From Acidimicrobiales bacterium (GTDB lineage: Bacteria; Actinomycetota; Acidimicrobiia; Acidimicrobiales; Bog-793), in contig JBEKCO010000002.1 of the NCBI GenBank assembly GCA_050014835.1, positions 3,133 through 67,132 of the forward strand: a stretch of 64,000 nucleotides of DNA, read 5' to 3'. Positions within the stretch are counted from its first letter, which is position 1. Every line of letters begins with the position of its first letter. The notes under the pieces are model-generated. The model was not told the origin of the DNA. It made no database searches and saw only the letters and a program-made list of their open reading frames with translations. The position numbers and the translations under genes are program-made. Positions 20,870 to 30,645 of the stretch are shown piece by piece.

Positions 20870-21513
20870 GCGCGGGCCCCGGCCGCCTTCGGCTCGTCAT
20901 CGCGTCGGCGAACCCTGACAAGGCGCGCGAGATGCTCGAGATCCTGCGCGGCGTCCTCGGCGAGCGCGTCGAGTTCGTGGCGCGGCCCGAGCACCTGCCG
21001 GCAGTCGAGGAGGACGGTGAGACGCTCGAGGAGAACGCCCGCCTGAAGGCGGAGGCCGTGCGATCGGGGACCGGACTCGGCGCGTTGGCCGACGACACAG
21101 GATTCGAGGTGGACGCGCTCGGCGGGCTTCCCGGTGTGCGCGCCGCGCGCTACGCGGGGCCCGGCGGGGTATCTGCCGACAACATCGCGAAGCTCCTCGC
21201 CGCGCTCGGCGACGCCAAGGACCGCCGTGCCCGCTTCCGCACGGTCGCCCTGGCGATCTTGCGCGACGGCACCGAACTCGTGGCGACCGGGACGCTGGAA
21301 GGGACGATCACGATGAGCCCGCGCGGCGAAGGCGGCTTCGGCTACGACCCGGTGTTCGTTCCCGACTCGGGCGACGGACGGACGCTCGCTGAGATGGACG
21401 CTGGAGCCAAGCATGAGATCTCACACCGCGGGCGGGCCCTGCGGGCACTCGCCGGGCGGCTGGAGGCGTACCTGGCAGACCCGGCGGGGCGGTCGGCGCG
21501 CCGCGAGGCGTAG
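20866..21513 (+). CDS. rdgB: non-canonical purine NTP pyrophosphatase (RdgB/HAM1)
   Basis: GTG 20866 overlaps the rph stop (GTGA). LVIASANPDKAREM…, FGYDPVF and SHRGRAL motifs. Confidence 0.9.
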   Translation: MSAGPGRLRLVIASANPDKAREMLEILRGVLGERVEFVARPEHLPAVEEDGETLEENARLKAEAVRSGTGLGALADDTGFEVDALGGLPGVRAARYAGPGGVSADNIAKLLAALGDAKDRRARFRTVALAILRDGTELVATGTLEGTITMSPRGEGGFGYDPVFVPDSGDGRTLAEMDAGAKHEISHRGRALRALAGRLEAYLADPAGRSARREA

Positions 21514-21566
21514 CGGCGTCGGCGTACGGTTCGAGACCGTGTGGCGGGGCGCGCTAGGTTCGCAGC

Positions 21567-21830
21567 GTGTCCGTTCGCTACCGCTGTCTGAGTTGCGGGA
21601 ACCTGACCCGGTTCGATGTCGTGTCGACCCGGCGGACGCGGGCATTCTGGCACTTCACCCTGGGCGGCGAGCACGCGATCGACGAGGAGGAGATCCTCGA
21701 CGAGACGGTCGAATCCGTGACGTGCCGATGGTGCGGGAAATCGTCGGCGATCGAGGTGTTCGGGGAGCCCGGGGCGGAAGTCGCCGGCGGCGCTGCCACG
21801 CCGGCTAGGGAGGCGAGCGCACCGTTTTGA
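21567..21830 (+). CDS. hypothetical zinc-ribbon protein
   Basis: CLSCGN … CRWCG forms two CxxC pairs. 87 aa. Confidence 0.6.
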   Translation: MSVRYRCLSCGNLTRFDVVSTRRTRAFWHFTLGGEHAIDEEEILDETVESVTCRWCGKSSAIEVFGEPGAEVAGGAATPAREASAPF

Positions 21831-21881
21831 TACACCCGGGAGCCATCATGAGCTGCGTCGGACTCGGCGCGTTGCTCCGAG

Positions 21882-22103
21882 GTGACCGAGGGAGCGGTGA
21901 TGGCCAAGGGAACGCTCAGGATCAGCTGCGACACCTGCAGCCACGAGGGGACGTCGGCCTGTGACGATTGCGTCGTCAGTTTCCTGCTCGGTCGCGACCC
22001 CGCCGACGCGATCATCATCGATGCCGCTGAAGCGAGGGCGGTGCGCGTTTTCGAACGGGCGGGCCTGCTCCCAGCGCTCCGGCACGAGAAGCGGGCCGGC
22101 TGA
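21882..22103 (+). CDS. hypothetical Cys-rich small protein
   Basis: CDTCSHEGTSACDDC motif. 73 aa. The start is uncertain (alternative M7). Confidence 0.55.
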   Translation: MTEGAVMAKGTLRISCDTCSHEGTSACDDCVVSFLLGRDPADAIIIDAAEARAVRVFERAGLLPALRHEKRAG

Positions 22104-22148
22104 GCATTCCGGCGCACGGCACGCCCCTGTCAACGGGGTGCGTGTCCG

Positions 22149-23276
22149 GTGACGCACCTTCTCGTCACGAACGATTACCCGCCCAAGGTCGGCGGCATCC
22201 AGTCCTACCTCTGGGAGTACTGGCGACGGTTTCCCCCCGGGCGGACCTCGGTGTTGACGATCGACCAAGCAGGCGCCCGGGAGTTTGACGCCGCGGCACC
22301 ACACGCGATCGAACGAGAAAGGGCGCGGATGCTCCTGCCGACACGGGGGCTCGTGGCGCGCGTCCGGCAACTCGCGCGCGAGCGGGGAGCTTCTCTCGTC
22401 GTGCTCGATCCCGCGTTGCCGGTCGGTCTTGTCGGACCGAAGCTCGGCCTGCCCTACGCGGTCGTCCTCCACGGCGCCGAGGTGACCGTGGCGGCGCGCC
22501 TGCCGGTGACCTCACAGCTGCTCCGGAGGGTGCTCGTCGGTGCGGACCTGGTGATCGCGGCCGGCGGTTACCCGGCCGACGAGGCGCGCCGGCTCGCGGG
22601 AGAGGACCTGCCCGAAGTCGCCATCGCCCCCCCGGGTGTCGACGTGCGCCGCTTCCATCCGCTCGTGGCCGCGGAGATCGGCTCAGTCAGGAGGCGTTTC
22701 GGGTTGCCGGAAACCGGTCGTCTCGTCGTGTCGGTGAGCCGGCTCGTGCCCCGAAAGGGTATGGATGTGCTGATCGAGGCGTCGGTGTCGCTCGCCGCCG
22801 AGCGTCCGGATCTCGTCGTGGCGATCGCCGGAGCCGGCCGGGACGCCCGGCGCCTCGCGTCGCTCGCGCGGCGCCTCGACGCTCCGGTGCGTTTCCTTGG
22901 CCCGGTGAGCGACGAGGACCTGCCCGGCCTCGTCGGGGCGGCGGATGTTGCCGCCGTGCTCTGTCGCACCCGCTGGGGCGGTTTGGAGCAGGAGGGCTTC
23001 GGCATCGTCTTCCTCGAGGCGGCCGCGGCCGGGGTGCCCCAGGTCGCGGGCCGCAGCGGGGGCTCGCACGATGCGGTCGTCGACGGCGTGACGGGTCTCG
23101 TCGTCGACCGGCCCGGGGATGTCGCCGTGGCGACGAAGGCGTTGGCCGAACTGTTGGACGACGAGGGCCGGCGGCTTCGCCTCGGCGCGGCGGCGAGACG
23201 GCGGGCCTGTGCGGAATTCGACTACGACGTCCTCGCCACCGGGCTCGACGCCGTGCTGCGGGCCGCCGAGGAGTGA
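22149..23276 (+). CDS. glycosyltransferase family 4 (PimB-like mannosyltransferase type)
   Basis: MTHLLVTNDYPPKVGGIQSY… and a C-terminal E(x7)E-type GT-B motif (EQEGFGIVFLEAAAAGVP). Confidence 0.88.
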   Translation: MTHLLVTNDYPPKVGGIQSYLWEYWRRFPPGRTSVLTIDQAGAREFDAAAPHAIERERARMLLPTRGLVARVRQLARERGASLVVLDPALPVGLVGPKLGLPYAVVLHGAEVTVAARLPVTSQLLRRVLVGADLVIAAGGYPADEARRLAGEDLPEVAIAPPGVDVRRFHPLVAAEIGSVRRRFGLPETGRLVVSVSRLVPRKGMDVLIEASVSLAAERPDLVVAIAGAGRDARRLASLARRLDAPVRFLGPVSDEDLPGLVGAADVAAVLCRTRWGGLEQEGFGIVFLEAAAAGVPQVAGRSGGSHDAVVDGVTGLVVDRPGDVAVATKALAELLDDEGRRLRLGAAARRRACAEFDYDVLATGLDAVLRAAEE

Positions 23277-23370
23277 TGATCGACGCGCGTCGCCGGCCGG
23301 CCTGCTACACAAGCATTGGTCGCCGTGGGAGGCTGGGAAGAGCCCTCGACGGGGTCGAAAGGAGCGGACC

Positions 23371-23811
23371 GTGGAGCACACGGCCCAGAAGATGACGATC
23401 GCGGGGACGCCGGAGCGTTGCTTCGCGGTCGTAACCGATCTCGAGCGGTACCCGGAGTGGGTCGCCGACGTGAAAGAGGTCAACGTCCTTTCTCGTGACC
23501 CCGAGGGCCGCCCGTCGACGGTGAGCTTCCGGGCCGGGGCCTTCGGCCGGAGCACGAGCTACGTCCTCAGCTACGAGTATTCGGACGCGCCCTTCGCGGT
23601 GGCGTGGACGCAGAAGGACGGAGACCTCACGAGCCGGCTGGACGGCCGCTACGAGTTCCACGCCGGGCCGGACGGAACGACGGAGGTGCGTTACGAGCTC
23701 TCCGTCGAGCTGCGCGTACCCATCCCGGGATTCGTGAAGCGGCGGGCCGAGGCTCATATCCTGCACGCCGCGGTGCGCGACCTCAAAGCCCGCGTGGAAA
23801 GCGGATCCTGA
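23371..23811 (+). CDS. SRPBCC (START/polyketide cyclase-dehydrase-like) family protein
   Basis: GTG 23371 follows AAAGGAG. FAVVTDLERYPEWV is typical of the family. Confidence 0.75.
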   Translation: MEHTAQKMTIAGTPERCFAVVTDLERYPEWVADVKEVNVLSRDPEGRPSTVSFRAGAFGRSTSYVLSYEYSDAPFAVAWTQKDGDLTSRLDGRYEFHAGPDGTTEVRYELSVELRVPIPGFVKRRAEAHILHAAVRDLKARVESGS

Positions 23812-23831
23812 GCGATATCGAGCGTTCGACC

Positions 23832-24536
23832 ATGCGAGTCGGCGTCATCCTCCCTTCGTTCGAGCCGTCGGCCGACGCGGCCCGGTCGTGCGCCGCGGAG
23901 GCGGAGGAGGCGGGGATCCACGGCCTTTTCGCCTACGACCACCTCTGGCCGCCGGGCGCCCCGGGGCGGTCGGCGATCGCGCCCTTCCCGCTGCTGGGGA
24001 TGCTCGCCGCGACCACCGAGCGGGTCTTGCTCGGCACCCTCGTTGCCCGGATCGGCGTCGTGCCCGAGGACGTGCTCGTCGCCGAGTTCCGGACGCTGAA
24101 CCGCCTGAGCGGCGGTCGGCTGATCGCGGGGATCGGGGCAGGGGATCACCGCAGCGCGCCCGAGAACCTCGCCTACGGGCTCGTGCCCCAGAGCGCGCCG
24201 GAGCGGCGGCAGGCGATCCGCTCCGTGGGCTCGGCGCTCGTCGAGGAGCGCATCCCGGTCTGGATCGGGGCCGGCGCGCCACGGACGAACGCGATCGCCC
24301 GGGAGATCGGGGCAACGCTCAACGTCTTCGGGGCGGCGGTCGGCAGGGTCGCCGAGCTCGGTCGCGGCGGTGCCGTCTCTTGGGGCGGGGTACTCGCGCC
24401 GGGGGGTGCGTCGGCGGCCACCCAGCTTCGGACGCTCGCCGATGCCGGCGCCACCTGGGCGGTCATCGGGTGGCCGGATTCCGCGGCGCCGGTCGTCGCC
24501 GCGGCCCGGGCGGCGGGCATCCCGCTCGGCTGGTGA
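23832..24536 (+). CDS. LLM-class (luciferase-like) flavin/F420-dependent oxidoreductase
   Basis: MRVGVILPSFEP…HGLFAYDHLW…LGTLVARIG resembles the luciferase-like monooxygenase family. Confidence 0.7.
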   Translation: MRVGVILPSFEPSADAARSCAAEAEEAGIHGLFAYDHLWPPGAPGRSAIAPFPLLGMLAATTERVLLGTLVARIGVVPEDVLVAEFRTLNRLSGGRLIAGIGAGDHRSAPENLAYGLVPQSAPERRQAIRSVGSALVEERIPVWIGAGAPRTNAIAREIGATLNVFGAAVGRVAELGRGGAVSWGGVLAPGGASAATQLRTLADAGATWAVIGWPDSAAPVVAAARAAGIPLGW

Positions 24537-24726
24537 GCCGGGTTCGGACCGTCGGAGCCGTCCGGTAGCCTCGGCGAGGTCGTGGGTCGAACGACTTGGG
24601 TGCGCTGTGGAGTCGGGGAGGGTGACGGCGGGTACGGCTGCCCCACGGGGCCCAGCTGGCCCTCCAGGCACGCCAGCCCCGTCGAAAACAGTCATTGACA
24701 GCCCTGTAACTACGGTGCTGTACTTA

Positions 24727-24773
24727 TCTCCTCATCTAGTGGTGTTGGCTCCATAGACCACTATATGTTGTGT
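24727..24773 (+). promoter_or_regulatory. candidate NrdR operator (one strong box, one weak box 31 bp upstream) in an AT-rich promoter region
   Basis: 24758..24773 reads CCACTATATGTTGTGT, matching the recalled NrdR consensus acaCwAtATaTwGtgt at 14/16. 24727..24742 reads TCTCCTCATCTAGTGG and matches mainly in the right half. TTGACA is at 24695..24700. nrdJ starts at 24862. Confidence 0.55.
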
Positions 24774-24861
24774 GTATGGGGCGCTCGGGGGACGCGTCGC
24801 CAGGTCTTGGTCAGGGTTCGGAACCGAAGCGCCGCAGACGACGCGGAGGGGGAACAGAGCG

Positions 24862-27660
24862 ATGGCGGTAGCGGACGAGCGGGTAGACATCGGCGTGCGG
24901 CGCCACTTCACGAAGCCGGGCCGGCATCCCTACGACGCCGTCGAGTGGGAGCGACGGGACGCGATCATCTCGGATTACCGGACCGGAGAGGTCGCCTTCG
25001 AGCAGCTCGCGGTGGAGGTCCCGAAGACCTGGTCGATGAACGCGACGAACATCCTCGCCCAGAAGTACCTCCGCGGAGCGCTCGGCTCGCCGGAGCGGGA
25101 GAGTTCGTTGCGCCAGGTCGTCGACCGTGTCGTCGACACGATCACGGCCTGGGGCGTCCGTGACGGCTACTTCGCCGACGACGCCGAGGCGTCGGCGTTC
25201 AACGACGAGCTGAAGCACCTGATCGTCACCCAGAAGGCCTCCTTCAACTCACCGGTCTGGTTCAACATCGGCGTGGAGGGGGTGCCCCAGCAGGCTTCGG
25301 CGTGCTTTATCCTCGCCGTGGAGGACTCGATGCCCTCGATCCTCAACTGGTACGTCGAGGAAGGGACGATCTTCAAGGGAGGGTCTGGGGCGGGGGTGAA
25401 CCTCTCCAGGATCCGCAGCTCGCGCGAGCTCCTCGGCGGCGGGGGCACGGCCTCGGGTCCCGTGAGCTTCATGCGCGGCGCCGACGCCTCGGCCGGCACC
25501 ATCAAGTCCGGGGGCAAGACGCGCCGCGCGGCGAAGATGGTCATCCTCGACGTCGACCACCCCGACATCCGGGAGTTCATCTGGTGCAAGGCCCGCGAGG
25601 AACGCAAAGCCCGCGCCCTCGCCGCGGCGGGTTTCGACATGGACCTCGACGGCAAGGACAGCCAATCGGTCCAGTACCAGAACGCGAACAACTCGGTGCG
25701 CGTAAGTGACGAGTTCATGGCGGCCGTCCTCGCGGACGCCGGCTGGGACCTCGTCGCGCGCACCAGTCACGCGACGATCGAGACGGTACGGGCGAGAGAG
25801 CTCTTCCACGAGATTGCCGAGGCGGCCTGGGAGTGCGCCGACCCCGGGCTGCAGTTCGACTCGACGATCAACCGGTGGCACACGGCGCCGAACACCGGCC
25901 GGATCAACGCCTCGAACCCCTGCAGCGAGTACGTCCACCTCGACAACTCGGCGTGCAACCTGGCGAGCATCAACCTGCTGCAGTTTCTCGGCACTGACGG
26001 CGCGTTCGACACGAAGGGCTTCAAGTGCGCGGTCGAAGTCGTCTTCACCGCGCAGGAGGTCCTCGTCGGCAACGCGGATTACCCGACGGAGAAGATCGCG
26101 GAGACGACGCGGCGGTTCCGGGAGATCGGCCTCGGCTACGCGAACCTCGGGGCGATGCTGATGGCGCTCGGCATGCCGTATGACTCGGACGAGGCGCGGG
26201 CCGTCTCGGCGGCGGTGACCGCGCTCATGACCGGGCACGCCTACACGACGTCGGCCCGGATCGCGGCCCGGATGGGACCTTTCGCGGGCTACCACGAGAA
26301 CGCCGAACCGATGCTCAACGTGTTGCGGATGCACCGCGACGCGATCGACGCGATCGACGCCTCGCTGGTGCCGATCGCGTTGCTGAGCGCGGCACGCGGG
26401 GCCTGGAACGAGGCGGTCGAGCTCGGCGACGCCCACGGGGTGAGGAACTCGCAGGCGACCGTGCTCGCTCCCACCGGGACGATCTCGTTTTTGATGGACT
26501 GCGACACGACGGGCATCGAGCCAGACCTCGGGCTCGTGAAGACGAAGAAGCTCGTCGGCGGGGGGACGATGTCGATCGTCAACCAGACGGTGCCGCGCGC
26601 GCTGCGCCGGCTCGGCTATTCCGATGGCGAGATCGTCGAGATCGTCGCCTACATCGACGAGCACAAGTCGATCCTCGGCTCGCCGTGCCTGAGGGCCGAG
26701 CACCTGCCGGTGTTCGCCTGCTCGATGGGTGAGAACTCCATCCAGTACCTCGGTCACGTGAAGATGATGGCGGCGGTGCAGCCGTTCATCTCCGGGGCGA
26801 TCTCGAAGACGGTGAACATGCCGGAGGACGTGAGCGTCGCCGACGTCGAACAGCTACACATCGACGCCTGGAGGATGGGCCTCAAGGCGGTCGCGATATA
26901 CAGGGACAACTGCAAGGTCGCGCAGCCCCTGTCGACGACGAAGATCCCCGACGAGCTCGGCGCGGACGACTCCGTGCGCGTCGGCGAGCTGCACGCCCGT
27001 ATCGCCGAGCTGGAGGACGCGCTCGCCGGGCACGTCACCGCTCCCGGTGCGACGACGAGGACCCGTCTGCCGCGCCGCCGCCGCTCCTACACGTTCGCCT
27101 TCCGTGTGGCCGACTGCGACGGCTACGTGACGGTGGGGGAGTACGAGGACGGGCGCCCCGGCGAAGTCTTCTTGAAGGTCTCCAAGCAGGGATCGACCCT
27201 TTCGGGGGTCATGGACGCCTTCGCGATCGCGGTGAGCCTCGGCCTCCAGCACGGCGTGCCGCTGGCGACGTTCATCCGCAAGTACACGAACATGCGCTTC
27301 GAGCCCGCCGGGATCACCGACGACCCGGACCTGCGGATCGCGTCGAGCCTCGTCGATTTCATCTTCCGGCGCCTGGCCCTTGATTACCTGCCCTACGACG
27401 AGCGGGTCGAGCTCGGCATCCTGTCGACCGGCGAGCGCCGGCAGCCGACGCTGCCGGGCCTCGAGGACATCGAGCTCGCCGACGCTGCCAAGCGCGAGCA
27501 GGAGCGCTTCGGCGAGGGCGGGGACAGCCTCGCGACCGTCCACCGGATGTCGCTGGAGAAAGGCGACGCGCCGTTCTGCTACTCGTGTGGCAACGTCATG
27601 CAGCGGGCCGGGTCCTGCTACGCCTGCCCGAGCTGTGGAGCGACGAGCGGCTGCTCGTAG
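24862..27660 (+). CDS. nrdJ: vitamin B12-dependent ribonucleotide reductase (class II)
   Basis: VWFNIGV, SNPCSEY and PTGTISF motifs and a C-terminal CxxC…CxxC zinc ribbon. ATG 24862 follows GGAGGGGG. Confidence 0.93.
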   Translation: MAVADERVDIGVRRHFTKPGRHPYDAVEWERRDAIISDYRTGEVAFEQLAVEVPKTWSMNATNILAQKYLRGALGSPERESSLRQVVDRVVDTITAWGVRDGYFADDAEASAFNDELKHLIVTQKASFNSPVWFNIGVEGVPQQASACFILAVEDSMPSILNWYVEEGTIFKGGSGAGVNLSRIRSSRELLGGGGTASGPVSFMRGADASAGTIKSGGKTRRAAKMVILDVDHPDIREFIWCKAREERKARALAAAGFDMDLDGKDSQSVQYQNANNSVRVSDEFMAAVLADAGWDLVARTSHATIETVRARELFHEIAEAAWECADPGLQFDSTINRWHTAPNTGRINASNPCSEYVHLDNSACNLASINLLQFLGTDGAFDTKGFKCAVEVVFTAQEVLVGNADYPTEKIAETTRRFREIGLGYANLGAMLMALGMPYDSDEARAVSAAVTALMTGHAYTTSARIAARMGPFAGYHENAEPMLNVLRMHRDAIDAIDASLVPIALLSAARGAWNEAVELGDAHGVRNSQATVLAPTGTISFLMDCDTTGIEPDLGLVKTKKLVGGGTMSIVNQTVPRALRRLGYSDGEIVEIVAYIDEHKSILGSPCLRAEHLPVFACSMGENSIQYLGHVKMMAAVQPFISGAISKTVNMPEDVSVADVEQLHIDAWRMGLKAVAIYRDNCKVAQPLSTTKIPDELGADDSVRVGELHARIAELEDALAGHVTAPGATTRTRLPRRRRSYTFAFRVADCDGYVTVGEYEDGRPGEVFLKVSKQGSTLSGVMDAFAIAVSLGLQHGVPLATFIRKYTNMRFEPAGITDDPDLRIASSLVDFIFRRLALDYLPYDERVELGILSTGERRQPTLPGLEDIELADAAKREQERFGEGGDSLATVHRMSLEKGDAPFCYSCGNVMQRAGSCYACPSCGATSGCS

Positions 27661-27938
27661 CCCGAGGATCGCGAGGCCTTACCCACCGGGGCCACCGAGC
27701 ACGCCCACTGGCGTCCGACGCGCCCGGCCCTGAGCTGCGTCGTCGGGACGACCGGGTCATCGAGGGTTCTCGCGCTCGACTGTGAGCGGTCGAGCGGCGA
27801 GTCGTGCTCAACGTCCCGGGCGGGTCGACTTCCCCTCAGTTGGCGGGCGGCTGTCGGTGTGTCGCTGGTGCCGCCGGATCCTAGAGTCGTGACACGAACC
27901 GCCGCCTTGCACGTCATCGGCCCGACATAGGAGATGTG

Positions 27939-29330
27939 ATGGGAATGCCGCCTCAGCCGTTCCGGACCGTGATCGAGCCGTTCCGGATCCACGCCGTCGA
28001 ACCGCTCGCCATGACGACGCCCGAATACCGCGCCGAGGCCGTCCGCGCCGCGGGTTACAACCTCTTCAACCTCGCCTCGTCGGACGTCCTTATTGATCTG
28101 CTGACCGACTCCGGCACCGGCGCGATGAGCCGTGACCAGTGGTCGGCGATCCAGCACGGTGACGAGTCCTACGCGGGATCCCCGTCCTGGGAGATCTTCC
28201 GGCGCGCCGTCACCGAGTTGTTCCCCTTCCGTCACGTCATACCGACGCACCAGGGCCGCGCCGCGGAGAAGATCCTCTTCACCGTCGTTGGCGGTCCCGG
28301 ACGGGTCATCCCGAGCAACACGCACTTCGACACGACACGGGCGAACATCGAGTTCACCGGGGCCGAGGCGGTCGATCTCGTCATCGAGGAGGGACGTGAC
28401 CCGAGGGCGCTCCACCCGTTCAAGGGGAACGTCGACGTCGCCGCGCTCGATGCGTTGCTGGCGAGCCGCGGCAAGGCGAACGTCCCCGTCGTCATGGTGA
28501 CCGTGACGAACAACTCGGGTGGCGGCCAACCGGTGAGCCTGGAGAACCTGCACGCCGTGCGGGCGGTTTGTGACGTGCACGGGGTGGCGCTGTTCCTCGA
28601 CGCCTGTCGCTTTGCCGAGAACGCCTGGTTCATCCGTGCCCGCGAGCCCGGGCAGGGGGAGCGGGAGGTCGCCGACATCGTCCGCGAGATGGCGAGTCTC
28701 GCCGACGGGATGACCATGAGCGCGAAGAAGGACCCGCTCTGCAACATCGGAGGTTGGCTCGCCTGCAACGACGACGCCCTCGCCGAGGCGGCGCGGAACC
28801 TGCTCATCTTGACCGAGGGATTCCCCACCTACGGCGGCCTCGCGGGACGCGACCTGGAGGCGATCGCGCAAGGCCTCAAGGAGGCGGTCTCGCACGATTA
28901 CCTCCAGTACCGGATCCGCTCGACGGCGTACCTCGGCGAGGCGCTCGATCACGCCGGTATTCCTGTCGTCCTGCCGATCGGCGGTCACGCCGTTTACATC
29001 GACGCCCGGGCGATGCTCTCCCACATCCCGCCGCTCGAGTATCCCGGGCAGGCGCTCGCAGTCGCCCTCTACGAGGCTGGTGGCGTGCGCACCTCGGAGA
29101 TCGGCACCGTCATGTTCGGCCGGCAGCCGGACGGATCGGAGAAGCCGGCGACGATGGACCTCGTGCGGCTCGCCATCCCACGTCGGACCTACACCCAGAG
29201 CCACATCGACTACGTGATCGAGGTGTGCCAGTCGGTCCAGGCGCGCGCCGAGCACCTTCCTGGGTTCCGGATTGTGGCCGAACCCAGGCAGCTTCGACAC
29301 TTCACGGCGCGCTTCGAACCGCTTGCCTGA
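27939..29330 (+). CDS. beta-eliminating lyase (tryptophanase / tyrosine phenol-lyase family)
   Basis: EPFRIHAVEP…DSGTGAMS…and a PLP lysine context (SAKKDPLCNIGG). The two family subtypes cannot be separated by eye. Confidence 0.88.
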   Translation: MGMPPQPFRTVIEPFRIHAVEPLAMTTPEYRAEAVRAAGYNLFNLASSDVLIDLLTDSGTGAMSRDQWSAIQHGDESYAGSPSWEIFRRAVTELFPFRHVIPTHQGRAAEKILFTVVGGPGRVIPSNTHFDTTRANIEFTGAEAVDLVIEEGRDPRALHPFKGNVDVAALDALLASRGKANVPVVMVTVTNNSGGGQPVSLENLHAVRAVCDVHGVALFLDACRFAENAWFIRAREPGQGEREVADIVREMASLADGMTMSAKKDPLCNIGGWLACNDDALAEAARNLLILTEGFPTYGGLAGRDLEAIAQGLKEAVSHDYLQYRIRSTAYLGEALDHAGIPVVLPIGGHAVYIDARAMLSHIPPLEYPGQALAVALYEAGGVRTSEIGTVMFGRQPDGSEKPATMDLVRLAIPRRTYTQSHIDYVIEVCQSVQARAEHLPGFRIVAEPRQLRHFTARFEPLA

Positions 29331-29387
29331 CGCGCCGCCGGGCGCGTGAGCCCGCGGCGGCTGCGCGTCCCGCCGGGGTCAGCCGCG

Positions 29388-30596
29388 TCACGCGACGGGA
29401 CCCGCGGACAGGACGTCGCGGATCGCGTCGGCTGCGTCCCAGATGTCAACGAAGCGCAGATACAACGGCGCGATGCCGAGGCGGACGACGTCCGGTTCGC
29501 GGTAGTCACCGATCACGCCCCGTCGCGCGAGGGCCGCGAGGAGCGAGCGCGCCTGAGGATGACGCAGCGAGACCTGGCTGCCGCGGAGACGCGAGTCGCG
29601 GGGCGAGGCGAGCTCGAACTGCCCGGGGACGAAATACGGATCGAGGAGCTCGATGAGGAGGTCGCAGAGCTCCTGGCCCTTGGCGAAGAGCTCCGCGGGC
29701 TCGACGTGCTCCCAGATCTCGAGACTGCCCTCGAGCGACGCGTACGAAAGAATCGGTGGGGTGCCGCAGGCGAACCGCCGGATGCCCGGCGCCGGCTCGT
29801 AGTCGGGTTCGAACGCGAAGGGCCGCACGTGGCCGTGCCAGCCGGCGAGCGGCTGACGTGCGGCGTCGTGGAGTCGGGACGCCGCGAACACGAACGCCGG
29901 AGAACCGGGCCCGCCGTTCAGGAACTTGTAGGTGCACCCGACCGCGAAATCGACGTCGCAGGCGTCGACGGCGAGCGGGACCGAACCGACGCTGTGTGAG
30001 AGGTCCCAGATCATGACGGCACCGTTGTCGTGCGCCGTCCGCGTGACCTCATTCATCGGGTGGAGGCGGGCGCTGCGGTAGTCGACGTGCGTGAGCGCGA
30101 CGAGCGCGACGGATCGGTCGATCGCGCCAGCGACGTCGTCGGGGGTCTCGACACGGCGTACGGAGTAGTCGCCCGCCAGCTCGGCGGCACTGTCGATGAT
30201 GTAGAGATCGGTCGGGAAGTTGTCACGGTCGGTGACGACCACCCGCCGGTCAGGCCGCATCCGCAGCGCCGCGATGACGACCTTGAAGGTGTTGACCGAG
30301 GTTGAGTCCCCAACGATGACCTCCTCGGGTCGCGCCCCGATAAGGGGGGCGATGCGCGCGCCGAGCGCCAGGGGCTTGTCCCACCAGCCGGCCAAGTCCC
30401 AGCTGCCGATGAGTCCTTGGCCCCATTCGGTCCGGAGCGTCCGGTTCACACTGGTGATCGCCGGTCGCGGGAGCGGCCCGAGCGAGTTGCCGTCGAGGTA
30501 GATGAGGCCGTCGGGAAGGTCGAAGAAGTCACGGAGCGGGGCGAGGGCGTCCAACTCGTCCCGGGCCGCACAGTCGGCGCGACACAGTTCCGTCAT
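29388..30596 (-). CDS. kynU: kynureninase
   Basis: IYLDGNSLGPLP… and CTYKFLNGGPGSPAF (PLP lysine region) are typical of KynU. 402 aa. Confidence 0.88.
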   Translation of the reverse strand: MTELCRADCAARDELDALAPLRDFFDLPDGLIYLDGNSLGPLPRPAITSVNRTLRTEWGQGLIGSWDLAGWWDKPLALGARIAPLIGARPEEVIVGDSTSVNTFKVVIAALRMRPDRRVVVTDRDNFPTDLYIIDSAAELAGDYSVRRVETPDDVAGAIDRSVALVALTHVDYRSARLHPMNEVTRTAHDNGAVMIWDLSHSVGSVPLAVDACDVDFAVGCTYKFLNGGPGSPAFVFAASRLHDAARQPLAGWHGHVRPFAFEPDYEPAPGIRRFACGTPPILSYASLEGSLEIWEHVEPAELFAKGQELCDLLIELLDPYFVPGQFELASPRDSRLRGSQVSLRHPQARSLLAALARRGVIGDYREPDVVRLGIAPLYLRFVDIWDAADAIRDVLSAGPVA

Positions 30597-30645
30597 CGGT
30601 GCGCGATCGCCGCGTCCGCCCTCGTCGGTCCGGTCCGCCGCTCGC

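Noticed and set aside
24537-24861. Possible cobalamin riboswitch in the long nrdJ leader.
   Set aside because: I could not find a B12-box-like core or the expected helices. A B12-dependent enzyme gene is not the usual target, and the NrdR box explains regulation better.
27661-27935. The 275-bp spacer between nrdJ and the tryptophanase-like gene as a possible leader-peptide or attenuator (tnaC-like) region.
   Set aside because: No short Trp-containing leader ORF with an RBS was seen. Only one modest hairpin (GCTCGAC…GTCGAGC around 27773..27794) is present, compatible with an nrdJ terminator.
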